A stretch of 64,000 nt of DNA, from NCBI GenBank assembly GCA_965223505.1, contig CBDCWP010000039.1:160001-224000 (forward strand), given 5' to 3'. Position 1 is the first letter of the stretch, and the number at the start of each line of letters is the position of its first letter. Both the position numbers and the translations under genes were made by a program. Below, in pieces: positions 1 to 10,428 of the stretch. This DNA comes from Planctomycetota bacterium. GTDB taxonomy: Bacteria > Planctomycetota > PLA2 > JAEUHO01. The notes under the pieces were generated by a model. That model saw only the letters and a list, made by a program, of their open reading frames with translations, did no database searches and was not told the DNA's origin.

Positions 1-516
1 GTGGTTGCGTAGATCGAACTCACCGTACGCGCGCAGGTCGAGATCGCTGACGAGCGGCTTGCCGTCGTCGCCGAGATCGGAGCTCAACGAGACGAGCATG
101 ATCTCGCCCGTGATGCTGGTGACCGGCGTGATGATCGGTGTGACGTCCTTCGGCAGACCCTCCGAGGCGATCGTCAGCCGCTCCGAGACGAGGTAGCGCG
201 CCGTGTAGATGTCCGCGTCCCAACCGAACTCGACCCAGACGAGCGAGAGACCGATCGCGCTGCTGCTTCGGACCCGCCGCACGCCGGGCAGCCCGTTGAC
301 ACTGCTCTCGATGGGAAACGTGACGTACTGCTCGACCTCGTCGGCGGCGTACCCCGCCGCTTCGGTCAGCACGACGACGGTCGGGGCATTGAGCTCGGGG
401 AACACGTCGACGGGGGTGTCCGGCACCGCGTTGAACGCGAAACCCAGCACCAACAGCGCGGTGATGAGCACCAACACCGAGTTGTCGAGCGAGAACTGGA
501 TCAGACGCTGCAGCAT
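1..516 (-). CDS. CusA/CzcA-family heavy-metal RND efflux permease (N-terminal part; runs off the window edge)
   Basis: Manual translation from ATG at 516: [25 protein letters not shown]...[57 protein letters not shown], a typical HME-RND N-terminus; directly follows adaptor and TolC genes. Confidence 0.92.
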   Translation of the reverse strand, partial: MLQRLIQFSLDNSVLVLITALLVLGFAFNAVPDTPVDVFPELNAPTVVVLTEAAGYAADEVEQYVTFPIESSVNGLPGVRRVRSSSAIGLSLVWVEFGWDADIYTARYLVSERLTIASEGLPKDVTPIITPVTSITGEIMLVSLSSDLGDDGKPLVSDLDLRAYGEFDLRNH

Positions 517-523
517 GCGGTTC

Positions 524-2008
524 CTAGTGATCCTCGGCGTGGAACGTTCCGTCGGCGTGGAAGTGGCCGCCGGCCTGCTTCGTGCCGCCGCTTGCCAGCA
601 TGAGCTCGTAGATGCCGTCGAGAACGACCTCGTCGCCTTCCATGACGCCGCTCTCCACGACGACCCAGCGGCCGTCCGTCATGCCCAGGTCGGCGACCAT
701 GCGGATCACCTTGTCCTCGTCCTTCGGATCCCGGCGGAAGATCACGCGCTCGAGCCCGTCGAGAATGATGCTCTTGCGCGGGATCGCGAGCATGGGCGCC
801 GGCGTTCGCGCCAGCTCGATCTCCACCTCGGCGGAGATGCCGTTGCGTGCCCAGTGCGGCGTATCGTCGCTCGTGGGTTCGATCAACAGGTCGATCTTGC
901 GCGTGAGCGGATCGGCTTCCAGGCCGATGGTGAGCCTGCCGAGCAGGCCATCTCGCCCGTTGCCGGGCGGCAGGATGACCGCCTTCATCCCGTCGCGCAG
1001 ATCAGCCAGGTCCGACTGCAGTCCCACGGCGTGGAAGTGCACCCGCTTCGGGTCGACGGTCTTCAGCACGAGATCGCCGACCTCGAGCCACGCGCCGTCC
1101 GTGACGCCGAGCGCTTCCACGACGCCGTCCGCGTGCGCGCTCACTTCGACGCGATCGATGACCCGCCAGCGCGGAATGGGGCGTTCCTTCGTCCCGACGT
1201 TCTCCCGCAGGTGATCGATCGTGACGTCGAGCAACGCCGCGGCGCGCGCCAGGGCCAGGTCGATGGGGGCGGCGCCCTCCGCCGGCTTCTCGAACGGCTC
1301 GCCGATAGCCGCCGCGTACAGCACCGGCGATGCGTCGCGCATCCCGGCCAGCTCGGCCAGCAGCGTCTCCCGTTCGCCTTCCAGCTTCACCGAGTCTTCT
1401 GCGGCGCGCGCCAACGCCGTCTCGAGCGCGGCCAGCTCCGCACGCGCTTCCGTGCGCGCGGTGGCGACGCCGCTTCCCGCGGCTTTGAGCTCGTCGATCT
1501 TGTGCAGCCGTTCCTGCCAGACCCCTTGCTGGTCCTTGAGGCTCTGCACGTGGCCGGCCGCGGCCGTGACGCGCGGCTCGAGCGCGTCGAGCTTCGTCCA
1601 GGTCTGGCGAACCTTGATCATCGTGTCGCTCAAGCTCGCCTGCATCTCGCGCCACTCCGGTGAGTTGACGCGAAACAGGACGTCGCCTTGCTTGACGCGC
1701 TGGTACTTCGTTACGAGCAGCTCGACGTGCCCCGAGAGCGTCGCCGCGTAGGCGCGACGCGCTTCGGGCTCGATCTCGAAGCTGCCGGGAACGCGAATGG
1801 TGTTCGCGACGTCGCGGCGCTCGACCTTCGCGAACGTGATTCCGAGATTGCGCCGCACCGCGGACGGAACGTCGATGCGGTTGGTGATCCTCTCCGTCTC
1901 CTCGGGCGGGTTCTCTTTCCCGTTGCCGGGGGCCTCGCCGCATCCCGTGAGCATGAGGGCCGCAACCAACAATGCGGCGGACGTGGGCTTCGTGTTCGTC
2001 TTCATCAT
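524..2008 (-). CDS. RND efflux periplasmic adaptor (CzcB/CusB-like), lipoprotein
   Basis: Start MMKTNTKP with lipobox LTGC; ATGA overlap with TolC stop; coiled-coil hairpin; His-rich C-terminus [15 protein letters not shown]. Confidence 0.88.
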   Translation of the reverse strand: MMKTNTKPTSAALLVAALMLTGCGEAPGNGKENPPEETERITNRIDVPSAVRRNLGITFAKVERRDVANTIRVPGSFEIEPEARRAYAATLSGHVELLVTKYQRVKQGDVLFRVNSPEWREMQASLSDTMIKVRQTWTKLDALEPRVTAAAGHVQSLKDQQGVWQERLHKIDELKAAGSGVATARTEARAELAALETALARAAEDSVKLEGERETLLAELAGMRDASPVLYAAAIGEPFEKPAEGAAPIDLALARAAALLDVTIDHLRENVGTKERPIPRWRVIDRVEVSAHADGVVEALGVTDGAWLEVGDLVLKTVDPKRVHFHAVGLQSDLADLRDGMKAVILPPGNGRDGLLGRLTIGLEADPLTRKIDLLIEPTSDDTPHWARNGISAEVEIELARTPAPMLAIPRKSIILDGLERVIFRRDPKDEDKVIRMVADLGMTDGRWVVVESGVMEGDEVVLDGIYELMLASGGTKQAGGHFHADGTFHAEDH

Positions 2009-3384
2009 CGACCTGCCGGAAAGTGGGGCGTGCGCAGCGGTTCGACCAGGGCGCGACGCCGATTGGACGCAAGCGCTCTTTCGAGACGTGCGTCCAGAAT
2101 CTGGAACTTGGTTTCGAGGACGGTCGTGAGCGCGTCCTTCAGGATCAGGATGTCCATGTCGCCGAGCTCGCCGAGGCGGCGCAGATCGGTCAGCTGTTGA
2201 TCGGCCATCGGCGCGACCTCCTCGCGCAACCACAGGTTGCGCTCGGCCGTCGCCTCGCACTCGGCACGCGAGATCGCCAGACGGCCGACGAGCTCCTCGT
2301 ACTTCGCCACGTACGCGGCTTTGGCCGCGGCGCGCGTCGCGCACGCTTCGGCGATCGCGCGCTTGTTGCGGTTCCAGATCGGCACGGGGATGCCGATGCC
2401 GGCGCCGAGGCGCTCGATGCCCTCATCCGACTGGAAGGCCGGCCCGATCTCGAGATCGGGGAACGCGCGCCGCGCCTCGTGCTTGAGCGCCTTGTCGGCC
2501 GCGTAGTACTCGGCGCGCGCGAGCGCGAGCTCGAGATTGCCGTTGCGCAGACGCGCCTCTTCGGCGACCCGCTCGATGAACGTCGGATCCGGCGCGAACG
2601 ACGGCGTCAGGTTCACATCGGCGTACGGCGTGAGCCCCATGCGCGCCTTCAGGTCGAGCAGTTCGCTGCGATATCGGTTGCGCAACCCGTTGAGCTCGCC
2701 GGTGCGGGTCACCTGCTCGAGCTCGAGCACGCGCTTCTGCGCGACGCCGATCTGGCCGGCCTCCTGGAGTGCCGTCGCGGACGCGAGAATCTGTTTCACG
2801 CTCTCGAGGTGCTGTTCGACCAGCCGCACCCGCTCCGACGTCGCGCTCCAACGGGTCCATGCGGCGCGCAGCGCGACGACGTGTTCCCATTCGGCGAGGT
2901 GGGCGGCGCGCTCGGCGGCGCTCGCATCCGCGAATGCCTGCGCGCGCTCCGCGGCCAGCCGGCCGGAGAGCGGCACGGTGAGCTGCAGACCCGTTCCCAG
3001 GACCCAGGGCGACGACACGCTCTGCAGAATCCGCAACAGGTCGAGCTCGAAGCGTGGATCATCCGGCAGGCCGGCGTTGCGCGCGCCCGCCAGCGGCACC
3101 CGCGCTTTCATCCGCGCGACGCGCAGGTCGGGGTTGAAGAGCAGCGCAATCGCCTCGGCTTCCGTGACGTCGATACCGTCGGCGACGTCGAACTCCGCGC
3201 GTTCGCCCTCGTTCAAACGCGAGAGCGACGCTGCGTACGCGCGCACGCCCGGCGCATCCGGTAGCCGGGCGCGCCACGTCTGGACGTGGGATGTCAGATC
3301 GGGAGGTGAGGCAGTGGATGCCGCTCCCGCACGGCAAGCGCCGAGGAGGATGCATCCGACCAGGAGTGGAAGAACGATTCGCAT
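2005..3384 (-). CDS. TolC/CzcC-family outer-membrane efflux protein
   Basis: Lipobox LGAC; ALLFNPDLRVAR, PDLEIG and GIPVPIWNRN motifs; operon context. Confidence 0.9.
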   Translation of the reverse strand: MRIVLPLLVGCILLGACRAGAASTASPPDLTSHVQTWRARLPDAPGVRAYAASLSRLNEGERAEFDVADGIDVTEAEAIALLFNPDLRVARMKARVPLAGARNAGLPDDPRFELDLLRILQSVSSPWVLGTGLQLTVPLSGRLAAERAQAFADASAAERAAHLAEWEHVVALRAAWTRWSATSERVRLVEQHLESVKQILASATALQEAGQIGVAQKRVLELEQVTRTGELNGLRNRYRSELLDLKARMGLTPYADVNLTPSFAPDPTFIERVAEEARLRNGNLELALARAEYYAADKALKHEARRAFPDLEIGPAFQSDEGIERLGAGIGIPVPIWNRNKRAIAEACATRAAAKAAYVAKYEELVGRLAISRAECEATAERNLWLREEVAPMADQQLTDLRRLGELGDMDILILKDALTTVLETKFQILDARLERALASNRRRALVEPLRTPHFPAGR

Positions 3385-3459
3385 GCTGGGATTCGCACAA
3401 ACGCCGGAGAGAGGACACGCGGACCTCTCGAGCGAGAGTCCGCACGTTGGGCGAATGCG

Positions 3460-3894
3460 TTAGACCAGAAGGCGATCGGAAGCGGTGACCGGGTTCGCGA
3501 GCGGCGGTGGGTCGCCTCGGTGGCACGCCCCGTGCCGCCGCGCGTGCGGTGCGGCGCACAGCGAGAGGCCTGTGTCGGTCGTCGCGATCGACGTCGTCGG
3601 GAGATGCGGCGGTACGTCGACGTCGCCGTCGACGGGCATGTTTGGCAGCTGGACGATGACGTGTTCGCCCTCGTCCTCGTCGTGGTGCGACGGCGATTCG
3701 CTGTCTTCGCCCTCGCAGCCGCAGTGGCAGACGCAGCAGTTCTTGTGCTGTTCGGAGGCCTCGTCGTGACACGAGTGCTCGGACATCAGCACCGCGTACG
3801 CGGCCTCGTCTCCGCAGCCGCTCTGACAGAAGACGAGCGGCAGCTGGAGCATCGTCCAGGCGACGACGGCGGCGTAGGTGAACGAACGGTGCAC
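3460..3894 (-). CDS. Small His/Cys/acidic-rich exported protein, putative metal-binding leader of the efflux operon
   Basis: GTG at 3894; hydrophobic N-terminus then CQSGC, HSCHD, HKNCCVCHCGC, HHDEDEGEH; ends RGDPPP...RLLV. Confidence 0.65.
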   Translation of the reverse strand: MHRSFTYAAVVAWTMLQLPLVFCQSGCGDEAAYAVLMSEHSCHDEASEQHKNCCVCHCGCEGEDSESPSHHDEDEGEHVIVQLPNMPVDGDVDVPPHLPTTSIATTDTGLSLCAAPHARRHGACHRGDPPPLANPVTASDRLLV

Positions 3895-3903
3895 GACGCT
3901 GAA

Positions 3904-3932
3904 TGAGTACCCGCGAATCCGGGGCACGGCAA
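3904..3932 (-). promoter_or_regulatory. Possible sigma-70 promoter for the efflux operon
   Basis: Minus strand TTGCCG-N17-TACTCA about 10 nt upstream of the GTG at 3894. Confidence 0.3.
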
Positions 3933-3967
3933 GAACGAGAACGAAGCGTTCTGCGCGAACGCGCCGC

Positions 3968-6900
3968 TTACGCCTGATTTTCGGGGCCGGCGGGCCACCA
4001 CAGCCGGAATGTCGACCCTTTGTTCGGCTCGCTCGACACGTCGATCGTCCCGCCCATGTCCTGCACGATGCGAGCGACGATGGCCAGGCCGAGGCCGGTT
4101 CCCTTGGTCTTGGTGCTGAAGTGCGGATCGAAGAGCCGCCCGAGATTCTGATCCTCGATCCCGATGCCGTCGTCCCGCACGGCAATGAGGACGCCGTCGT
4201 TTCCGCCACGCGTCTCCGCCTTGGCGCGGATCGAAACGGTGCCGTTCTCCGGGATCGACTGCACCGCGTTGACGACGAGGTTGAGCAGCACGCGCCGCAT
4301 CTCCTCTTCGTCCCAGCGCACCGTCGGCAGTGCCCCCTCGATCGTCGCGGTCACCTCGACGCCCATCGCGTGCGCGCCGTCGTGCAGCGAGGCGACATGC
4401 TCCACGAGGTTGCGCACGTCGACGTCGGTCACGTTGCGCTTCGGCAATCGCGCGAAGTTGGCGAAGTCGCCGGCGATGCGGTCGAGCGACTGGATCTGCC
4501 GCAGCACGACCGGCGCGGTCTTTTCGACGACCTCGCGCGCGTCTTCCGGGTTGCGGGCCACCTCGGCTTGCAGCTGCTGGATCATCAGACGAATCGGTGT
4601 GAGCGGGTTGCGGATCTCGTGCGCGACCTGGCGGGCCATTCTTCGCCACGCCGACTCGCGCTCCGCGCGCGCCGCGCGTTCGGTGGTCTCGCGCAGCTCC
4701 CGCGTCATCTGGTTGAACGCGGCCACGAGCTGTCCCAGCTCGTCCGGCCCTTCGCCGGGCAGCTCGAGATCGAGCTCGCCCGACGCGACCCGCTTCGTTC
4801 CGGAGGCGAGCAGGCCGAGCGGCTTCGCCAGATTGCGTGCGGCGTAGATGCCGACGACGAGCACGACGACCAGCGCGAGCAGATAGCCGGCCACCAACAC
4901 GCTGCCGGTGGTCGTGAGCTCCTGCTGTACGCGGCCCTCCTGATAGAGCAACGGCACCGCGACGGTTGCCAGCGTCTCGCCGCCGTCATCGAGCACGGGT
5001 GCGTAGCCGATCCAGACCCGGCGGCCGGCGTAGTTGGCGTCGCGCACGATGATCTGCCGCCGCTCCAGCACCGTCGCGCGATACACGGCCGCCGGGAGCC
5101 GGGGTGGCAGCAGCTCGGCCGCGACGAGTCCGGAGCGACTCGCCGAGTACACCTCGCTCTCGCGATAGAGCGCTGCGTCGAAGCGTTCGTCGGCCGCCCA
5201 GCGCACGAGATCGCGCGAGGTGGCGCGGTCGAAGACCTGATTGGTGAAGCCTTCGAGGTATCCGCGCGCGCGGGCCAGATCGCGGGAGAGGTTCGTCTCC
5301 ATCCCGGCTTCGTGGCGCTTCCCGGCTTCGCTCGTGCTCAGCATGCCGAGCAGGATCAGCGGAATGATCGAGACGACGAGGTACGAGATCAGGATGCGGT
5401 GGTGCAGGCGGCCGCGGTAGCGGTGGGCGACGGCCAGCAGGCACGCGAACGCGGCGAGTGCGCCGAGGCCGACGCCGACCACCACCAGCCGGGCGAGCGC
5501 GAGCAGCGCGTCGCCGGTGCCGGACAGGGCGCGCCGCACCGCGAACACGGCGCTGCGCGTGTCGGACCACGCGGCGTAGCCCTGGTACGTGTCGGTGCGC
5601 CAGCTCAGCGTCTCCCGGACCGCCGGGATGCTGCCGAGCTCCGACGGTCCGAAGCTGCCGAGATCGCGAGGAATCGAGTCGTCGTTCGACGCGACGACGA
5701 CGCCTTGCTGCAGGACCGCGAACGGCAGGCCGCGGCTGACGACCAGCGGATGCTGCGAGTCCTCGGCCGGCGGCGCGATGAGTCCGGAACGTCCTTGCAG
5801 CTCGAGATCGAGCAGGTCGGGCACCGTCAGCACGACGTGCCCGATGGGCTCGTTGCTCTCGGCGTCGCGGATGCGGAGCCTGCCGATGACGCTTCGCAGC
5901 GTGTTGCCGTCGCCGGCCTTGATGAGGACCTGCTCGTCGCTCTCGTCCGTGGGGCGCGTCGGTCGCCACAAGACGGTGGGAGGGAAGGCGGCCAACGAAA
6001 ACTGGTCCAGCAGAGCGCCGTGCTCGTCGAGAACGCTCACGACGCCGGGATCGCCGCGCTGCCGGAACTCGGTCTGCAGCCAGACGTGCAGCGCCAGTCC
6101 GTCCGCGACCGGTCCTCCGTCGCGTGCGCGACTCAGCGATCGGCGCAAGTGAGCGTCGTCCTGCAACCGCGCGAGCGTGACGTGCATGCCTTCCCGGACC
6201 GTGAGCTCCCGTTGCAGCACGTCTTCCAGGATGGGCGCGAGCTCCTCGCACTCGCGGTCCTGCACGTTGACCCAGAGCACAGGGAACAGCAGCACCGTCG
6301 AGAGGACGCTGAGCAAGAGGACGCGGCTCGGCAACGCGAGACCGGGCGCGCTGCGCTTGCGGCCGACCATGAGCCCCGCGATGAGCGGAATCCCGAGGGC
6401 CGCCCACTGCGCCGAAGCGACGGTGATCGCGAGCACCCACGTCAGAACGACCGAGGCGACCACCAAGGTGGTTCGCTTGGGCACGCGCCACGAAACGGGA
6501 AACCAGACCCACGCGAGCTTGAGTGCGAGGGCCGCGAGGAGGTACACCGTCGCGGTCATGGCGACGAGGCCGGTGAGCATGAGCGCCGTGGTCGTTCGCG
6601 GTGCGAACGCGCCCGCCTCGAATTCGAAGAAGGGCGTCGAACCGCCCGCGACGGCGTGGTGCACGAGCGCGAGCCACAGGGACACGACCATCGCGACCGC
6701 GAACGGCGCCGCGATCACGACGGCCGCGCGAACGCCGCGCCCCGGACGCCGGATGTGCACGAGCGCCATGCGCAGGAATACGCCCGCGAACAGAAACGCC
6801 AGCGCGGTGAGCGCGAAGTCGGCGGGGGAACGCAGCCAGCCGAGCGGGGTCTCGACCGAGAAGACGGCGGGCGAGAAGGGCTCGCTCAACCCGGGGAAGT

Positions 6901-7759
6901 AGTGCGGAATGTCGACCCACCGCAAGGCGCCTCGCGCGAGGAGCACGAGCAAGCCTGCGCAGGTCCAACGCCACGCCGAGGGCCGGATGCGGGCGACGGC
7001 GAAGCGTCGCAACACGAGCACGGCGGCCAGCCACATGACGAGCAGGCCGATGCCGAGATTGCGCCTGTTGGTCTGGGCGATGCGGTCGGAGATCGCGGCC
7101 GTCCCGCTGACGGCGACCCGCGCACCGAACAGCGGCTCGTCGGCCTTCGGGAGCGTGACCTCGACGACGGTGTCGCCGAGGTCCGTCGCCTTCGTGCCCG
7201 GCGGCACGATCTCGACGGAGCGAAGCTCGAGCGGGATCAGCCAGCGGTCGTGGAACGGCCGCGCATCGACCGACTCGGGGGCGGGTGCGGGCTGTTCGAG
7301 GATCACGGTGGCTGCCGCCCGGCCTCCGGCCAGCTCGATCGGTCCGTAGATCAGCGCGCGCAGGAACGGACCGTCGTGATACGCGATGTTTCCGGCGCTG
7401 AACGAGCGCTCCCACGGAGAGTCCGCGGGCAGGGGTCTGGGTTCGACCAGCCGTCCGGCCCAGACGGATTCGCCGGACGGGCCGTCCCAGACGAGTCCGT
7501 CGAGCCCGTGACGTTTGCGCAGCGACTCGACGGCGTCGAACCGAGGCCCGGGCGCGGCGGCGCCCTCGAGCGCGGGCGCGAGCTCCAACAGCGCGGCGCG
7601 GCAGCGCTCGACCATGTCCGTGAGCTCGGCGCCGACGCGCGCAGCGCCCCGTTGCAGGGTGTCACTGCGGCGTTCACGTACGTCGTCTTCGTCGACGCCG
7701 CAGCCGCCGAGCGCGCACGCCAGCGTCAGCAGAGCCGCGATGCAGCCTGCGCGGCTCAT
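3968..7759 (-). CDS. Large multi-pass NtrY-like sensor histidine kinase (HAMP-HisKA-HATPase), about 1263 aa
   Basis: HAMP (DELGQLVAAFNQM), H-box AWRRMARQVAHEIRNPLTPI, N-box NLVVNAVQ, DDGIG and GTGLGL; ATG at 7759 overlaps upstream stop (ATGA). Confidence 0.9.
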   Translation of the reverse strand: MSRAGCIAALLTLACALGGCGVDEDDVRERRSDTLQRGAARVGAELTDMVERCRAALLELAPALEGAAAPGPRFDAVESLRKRHGLDGLVWDGPSGESVWAGRLVEPRPLPADSPWERSFSAGNIAYHDGPFLRALIYGPIELAGGRAAATVILEQPAPAPESVDARPFHDRWLIPLELRSVEIVPPGTKATDLGDTVVEVTLPKADEPLFGARVAVSGTAAISDRIAQTNRRNLGIGLLVMWLAAVLVLRRFAVARIRPSAWRWTCAGLLVLLARGALRWVDIPHYFPGLSEPFSPAVFSVETPLGWLRSPADFALTALAFLFAGVFLRMALVHIRRPGRGVRAAVVIAAPFAVAMVVSLWLALVHHAVAGGSTPFFEFEAGAFAPRTTTALMLTGLVAMTATVYLLAALALKLAWVWFPVSWRVPKRTTLVVASVVLTWVLAITVASAQWAALGIPLIAGLMVGRKRSAPGLALPSRVLLLSVLSTVLLFPVLWVNVQDRECEELAPILEDVLQRELTVREGMHVTLARLQDDAHLRRSLSRARDGGPVADGLALHVWLQTEFRQRGDPGVVSVLDEHGALLDQFSLAAFPPTVLWRPTRPTDESDEQVLIKAGDGNTLRSVIGRLRIRDAESNEPIGHVVLTVPDLLDLELQGRSGLIAPPAEDSQHPLVVSRGLPFAVLQQGVVVASNDDSIPRDLGSFGPSELGSIPAVRETLSWRTDTYQGYAAWSDTRSAVFAVRRALSGTGDALLALARLVVVGVGLGALAAFACLLAVAHRYRGRLHHRILISYLVVSIIPLILLGMLSTSEAGKRHEAGMETNLSRDLARARGYLEGFTNQVFDRATSRDLVRWAADERFDAALYRESEVYSASRSGLVAAELLPPRLPAAVYRATVLERRQIIVRDANYAGRRVWIGYAPVLDDGGETLATVAVPLLYQEGRVQQELTTTGSVLVAGYLLALVVVLVVGIYAARNLAKPLGLLASGTKRVASGELDLELPGEGPDELGQLVAAFNQMTRELRETTERAARAERESAWRRMARQVAHEIRNPLTPIRLMIQQLQAEVARNPEDAREVVEKTAPVVLRQIQSLDRIAGDFANFARLPKRNVTDVDVRNLVEHVASLHDGAHAMGVEVTATIEGALPTVRWDEEEMRRVLLNLVVNAVQSIPENGTVSIRAKAETRGGNDGVLIAVRDDGIGIEDQNLGRLFDPHFSTKTKGTGLGLAIVARIVQDMGGTIDVSSEPNKGSTFRLWWPAGPENQA

Positions 7760-8253
7760 TTGGGCGGCAGCTTGGACTCGATGACCGAGCTGAGCACCCA
7801 TTTTCCGTTCGTCTCCGTTAGCGACACCGTCAAGCGCGTCTTGGTGGCGTCCTGGCCGACGGGCCGGTACGCGTAGTCGTAGAGGTGGACCTTCGGCTTG
7901 CGGTCGAGTCGGCGCGTCACGTCCTTGAGGTTCGGATCGCGGATCTTCTTGAAGTAGCTCTGGAGCGACTTCTTGGCCTGCTGGGCGGTCCAGCCCTTGC
8001 GGCCGCTGGAGCCCTGGGGCAACAGCAGGTCGACCCGCACCGTTCCCTTCGCATCCATGCACGCGACGACGGCCGCGGCATCGGCGGACTGCCAGGCCTT
8101 TTGAAACGCCGCGAAGCACTCCGCCTTTGTATCGCCTGTCCCGGCGTGGGCGGAAGGGGGCGCGTGAAAGGCGATCAGGAGCAGGCATGCGGCGACGAGG
8201 GCGTTGCGCCGCGAGTGCGGCGGTGGCGCGGCCGGCCTGGATCGCTCGAGCAT
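7756..8253 (-). CDS. Exported protein, NTF2-like/DUF4783-like
   Basis: Signal peptide ending AHA; AFQKAWQSADAAAV...YFKK...NGKWVLSSV pattern; translationally coupled to the kinase. Confidence 0.6.
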   Translation of the reverse strand: MLERSRPAAPPPHSRRNALVAACLLLIAFHAPPSAHAGTGDTKAECFAAFQKAWQSADAAAVVACMDAKGTVRVDLLLPQGSSGRKGWTAQQAKKSLQSYFKKIRDPNLKDVTRRLDRKPKVHLYDYAYRPVGQDATKTRLTVSLTETNGKWVLSSVIESKLPPK

Positions 8254-8548
8254 GGTCGACTCCGAAGTAGCGGAGCGGACGCAAAGCGGGGGCCGAAGCG
8301 GTCTTCGCCTCCCTGCCCTGCACGGGAGACGATAACCTCCGGTCTCGGAAGCCGTTACGTCGATCTGCCGCGTGTCGGCCCTTTGTGAGGCCTTGGCCAC
8401 GGCGGGACACCGTTGTCCACGGAAGGAGAAACCGGCGCGGCGTAACCCCCGGCGGTCTTCGAGCGATGTTCGTTTGGGGGGCCCCGAAAGACGCCTCGGG
8501 GGCGCTGCGTGCTTGGCGACCTTCCCACGGGTCGCTCCCGTCGCGCGC

Positions 8549-8986
8549 CTACTTCAGCTTCTCGAAGCCGTTGGCGCCGAACACGTCGAAGCCTCCGTCC
8601 TTGCCGGTTCCGAACCCGTGGTAGGCGTTGCGTGCGAGGTAGATGCGCAGCGAGTCGCCCTCCTTCGGGATCCCGCGGTGCCCGGTGGTCGACGGTGGCA
8701 TGGGCTTGCGACTGTTCCACCGGCGCGTCCAGTAGCGGGCGTAGACGAGTCCGCCGCTCTTCAGGTCGTCACCCTTTTCGACCTTGTCGATCGCGACCTC
8801 GGCCACGTGGTGCTTGACCTTCCAGCTGCCTTCCTCGACCTCGCGAACGTAGATCGCCTCGACCGTTCCCGTGACGATGTGCGTGGCGGCCTTCCGCAGC
8901 TGCTCCGCTGACATGTTTGCCTTCTCGGAGCGCGCGACAGCCGGCGCGAAGATCAGGACGGCGAGCAAGACGAGCAACGTACGCAT
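8549..8986 (-). CDS. Secreted hypothetical protein
   Basis: AAGGAGG RBS before ATG 8986; signal peptide MRTLLVLLAVLIFAPAVARS; ATHIVTGTV motif. Confidence 0.75.
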   Translation of the reverse strand: MRTLLVLLAVLIFAPAVARSEKANMSAEQLRKAATHIVTGTVEAIYVREVEEGSWKVKHHVAEVAIDKVEKGDDLKSGGLVYARYWTRRWNSRKPMPPSTTGHRGIPKEGDSLRIYLARNAYHGFGTGKDGGFDVFGANGFEKLK

Positions 8987-9255
8987 GGGGTCCTCCTTCG
9001 ATGCGACACCCAGTCTGACACGGCGCCCAGCCCTTTCGCGGCGGCCCTCCGGACGGCCCGGAGCCGCGGGATCGTCTCGGCGGCACGTGCGTGTTTTTCC
9101 CCTATGGCAGCCCTCCGGCGCACCGCTCGGGCGAAGCGTGTATCCTCGCGCGCATGGGCACGGAGATCCTGCAGGGGCCGAACGACGAGACCCGATCGCG
9201 GTCGCTCCACGACGACGCGGCTGATCGCGTCGAACGCCGGTGCAGGTAACGCGGG

Positions 9256-10428
9256 ATGGCACGTTCGTTCGTCGTCGACGAAGCCGAAGGCACGCGGTTC
9301 CCGTTCCTACGCGGCATCCTCACGCGCTCGTTGCAGTCTGCGGGCGTGCCGTTCGAAGCCGCCTACGCGCTCGCATCGGAGATACGCTCCGAGCTCGACG
9401 ACGTCGAAGAACTCTCGACGAAAGAGCTACGCGAACGGGTCGTGCCGAGGCTGGAGCCGTTCGGTGCGGACGTCATTCAGCGCTACCTCGGTCCACCGGT
9501 GCCCGACGAGGTGTCCATTCGCTTCGAAGACGGGCACCAGCGTCCGTTCTCCCGCGGCCGTCACCGGCAGAGTCTCGCGTCGTGCGGCATCTCGCCCGAG
9601 GACGCCGCCACCACCGCGGCGCGAATCTACGACGATCTCGTACAGCGGCACGTGCAGGAGATTCAGGCGAGCGAGCTTCGGCACCTCACGCACGGCCACC
9701 TCCTGCGCGAGCTCGGTGAAGAGGCCGCGCAGCGGTACCTCGTTTGGCAGGCGTACCAGCGTTCGAAGCGGCCGCTGGTCCTGGTGATCGGCGGTACGGT
9801 CGGCAGCGGCAAGAGCACCGTGGCGGCACAAGTGGCGCACCGGCTGGAGATCGTTCGGTTTCAGTCCACCGACATGTTGCGCGAGGTCATGCGGATGATG
9901 GTGCCGAGCCGTCTCATGCCCGCGCTGCACACGTCGACATTCAAGGCCTGGCAAACGCTCCCGACGGCGAACCCGTCCCGTCCTCCGACCGAAGCGCAGC
10001 TCGCCGACGGCTACCTCACCCAGGCCAAGCTCGTTTCGGTCGCCTGCGATGCCGTGTTGCGCCGCGCGATGCGCGAGCGCGTGTCGTTGATCTTGGAGGG
10101 CGTGCACGCCCACCCCAACTTCATCGAGCCGCCGGAGTCCGACGCGATCCTGGTGCGTGTCATGCTCGCCGTGCTGAAGCGCAGCAGGCTGCGACGGCGC
10201 ATTCGTGGTCGCGGCGAGCACGAGCCGGACCGGCGTGCCAAGCGGTACCTCACGCACTTCGACGCGATCTGGAACATCCAGTCGCTCATGCTCTCGGAAG
10301 CCGACCAGCTCGGCGTCCCCATCGTTCCGAACGAAGACCTCGACCGCACCGTGCAGGAGGTCATCGGCGTCGTGATGTCGGTGCTCGCGTCGCAGTTCAG
10401 CGGCACGCCGGAAGAGGTGTTCGGATGA
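9256..10428 (+). CDS. 2-phosphoglycerate kinase-like protein with two ATP-cone domains
   Basis: Two ATP-cone-like starts (PFLRGILTRSL, PFSRGRHRQSL); P-loop GGTVGSGKST; STDMLREVMR, LHTSTF and ILEGVH motifs of the archaeal 2PGK family. Confidence 0.85.
   Translation: MARSFVVDEAEGTRFPFLRGILTRSLQSAGVPFEAAYALASEIRSELDDVEELSTKELRERVVPRLEPFGADVIQRYLGPPVPDEVSIRFEDGHQRPFSRGRHRQSLASCGISPEDAATTAARIYDDLVQRHVQEIQASELRHLTHGHLLRELGEEAAQRYLVWQAYQRSKRPLVLVIGGTVGSGKSTVAAQVAHRLEIVRFQSTDMLREVMRMMVPSRLMPALHTSTFKAWQTLPTANPSRPPTEAQLADGYLTQAKLVSVACDAVLRRAMRERVSLILEGVHAHPNFIEPPESDAILVRVMLAVLKRSRLRRRIRGRGEHEPDRRAKRYLTHFDAIWNIQSLMLSEADQLGVPIVPNEDLDRTVQEVIGVVMSVLASQFSGTPEEVFG

Noticed and set aside
3878..7876. 1332-aa + strand ORF and many other long antisense ORFs (e.g. 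209-1663, 17759-20248, 28636-30726)
   Set aside because: Antisense shadows of motif-bearing genes; high-GC codon bias depletes stops on the opposite strand
8260..8320. GGACGCAAAGC resembling a c-di-GMP-I riboswitch core
   Set aside because: On the strand opposite to the adjacent gene and lacks the upstream GGCAAAC and GNRA-capped stem
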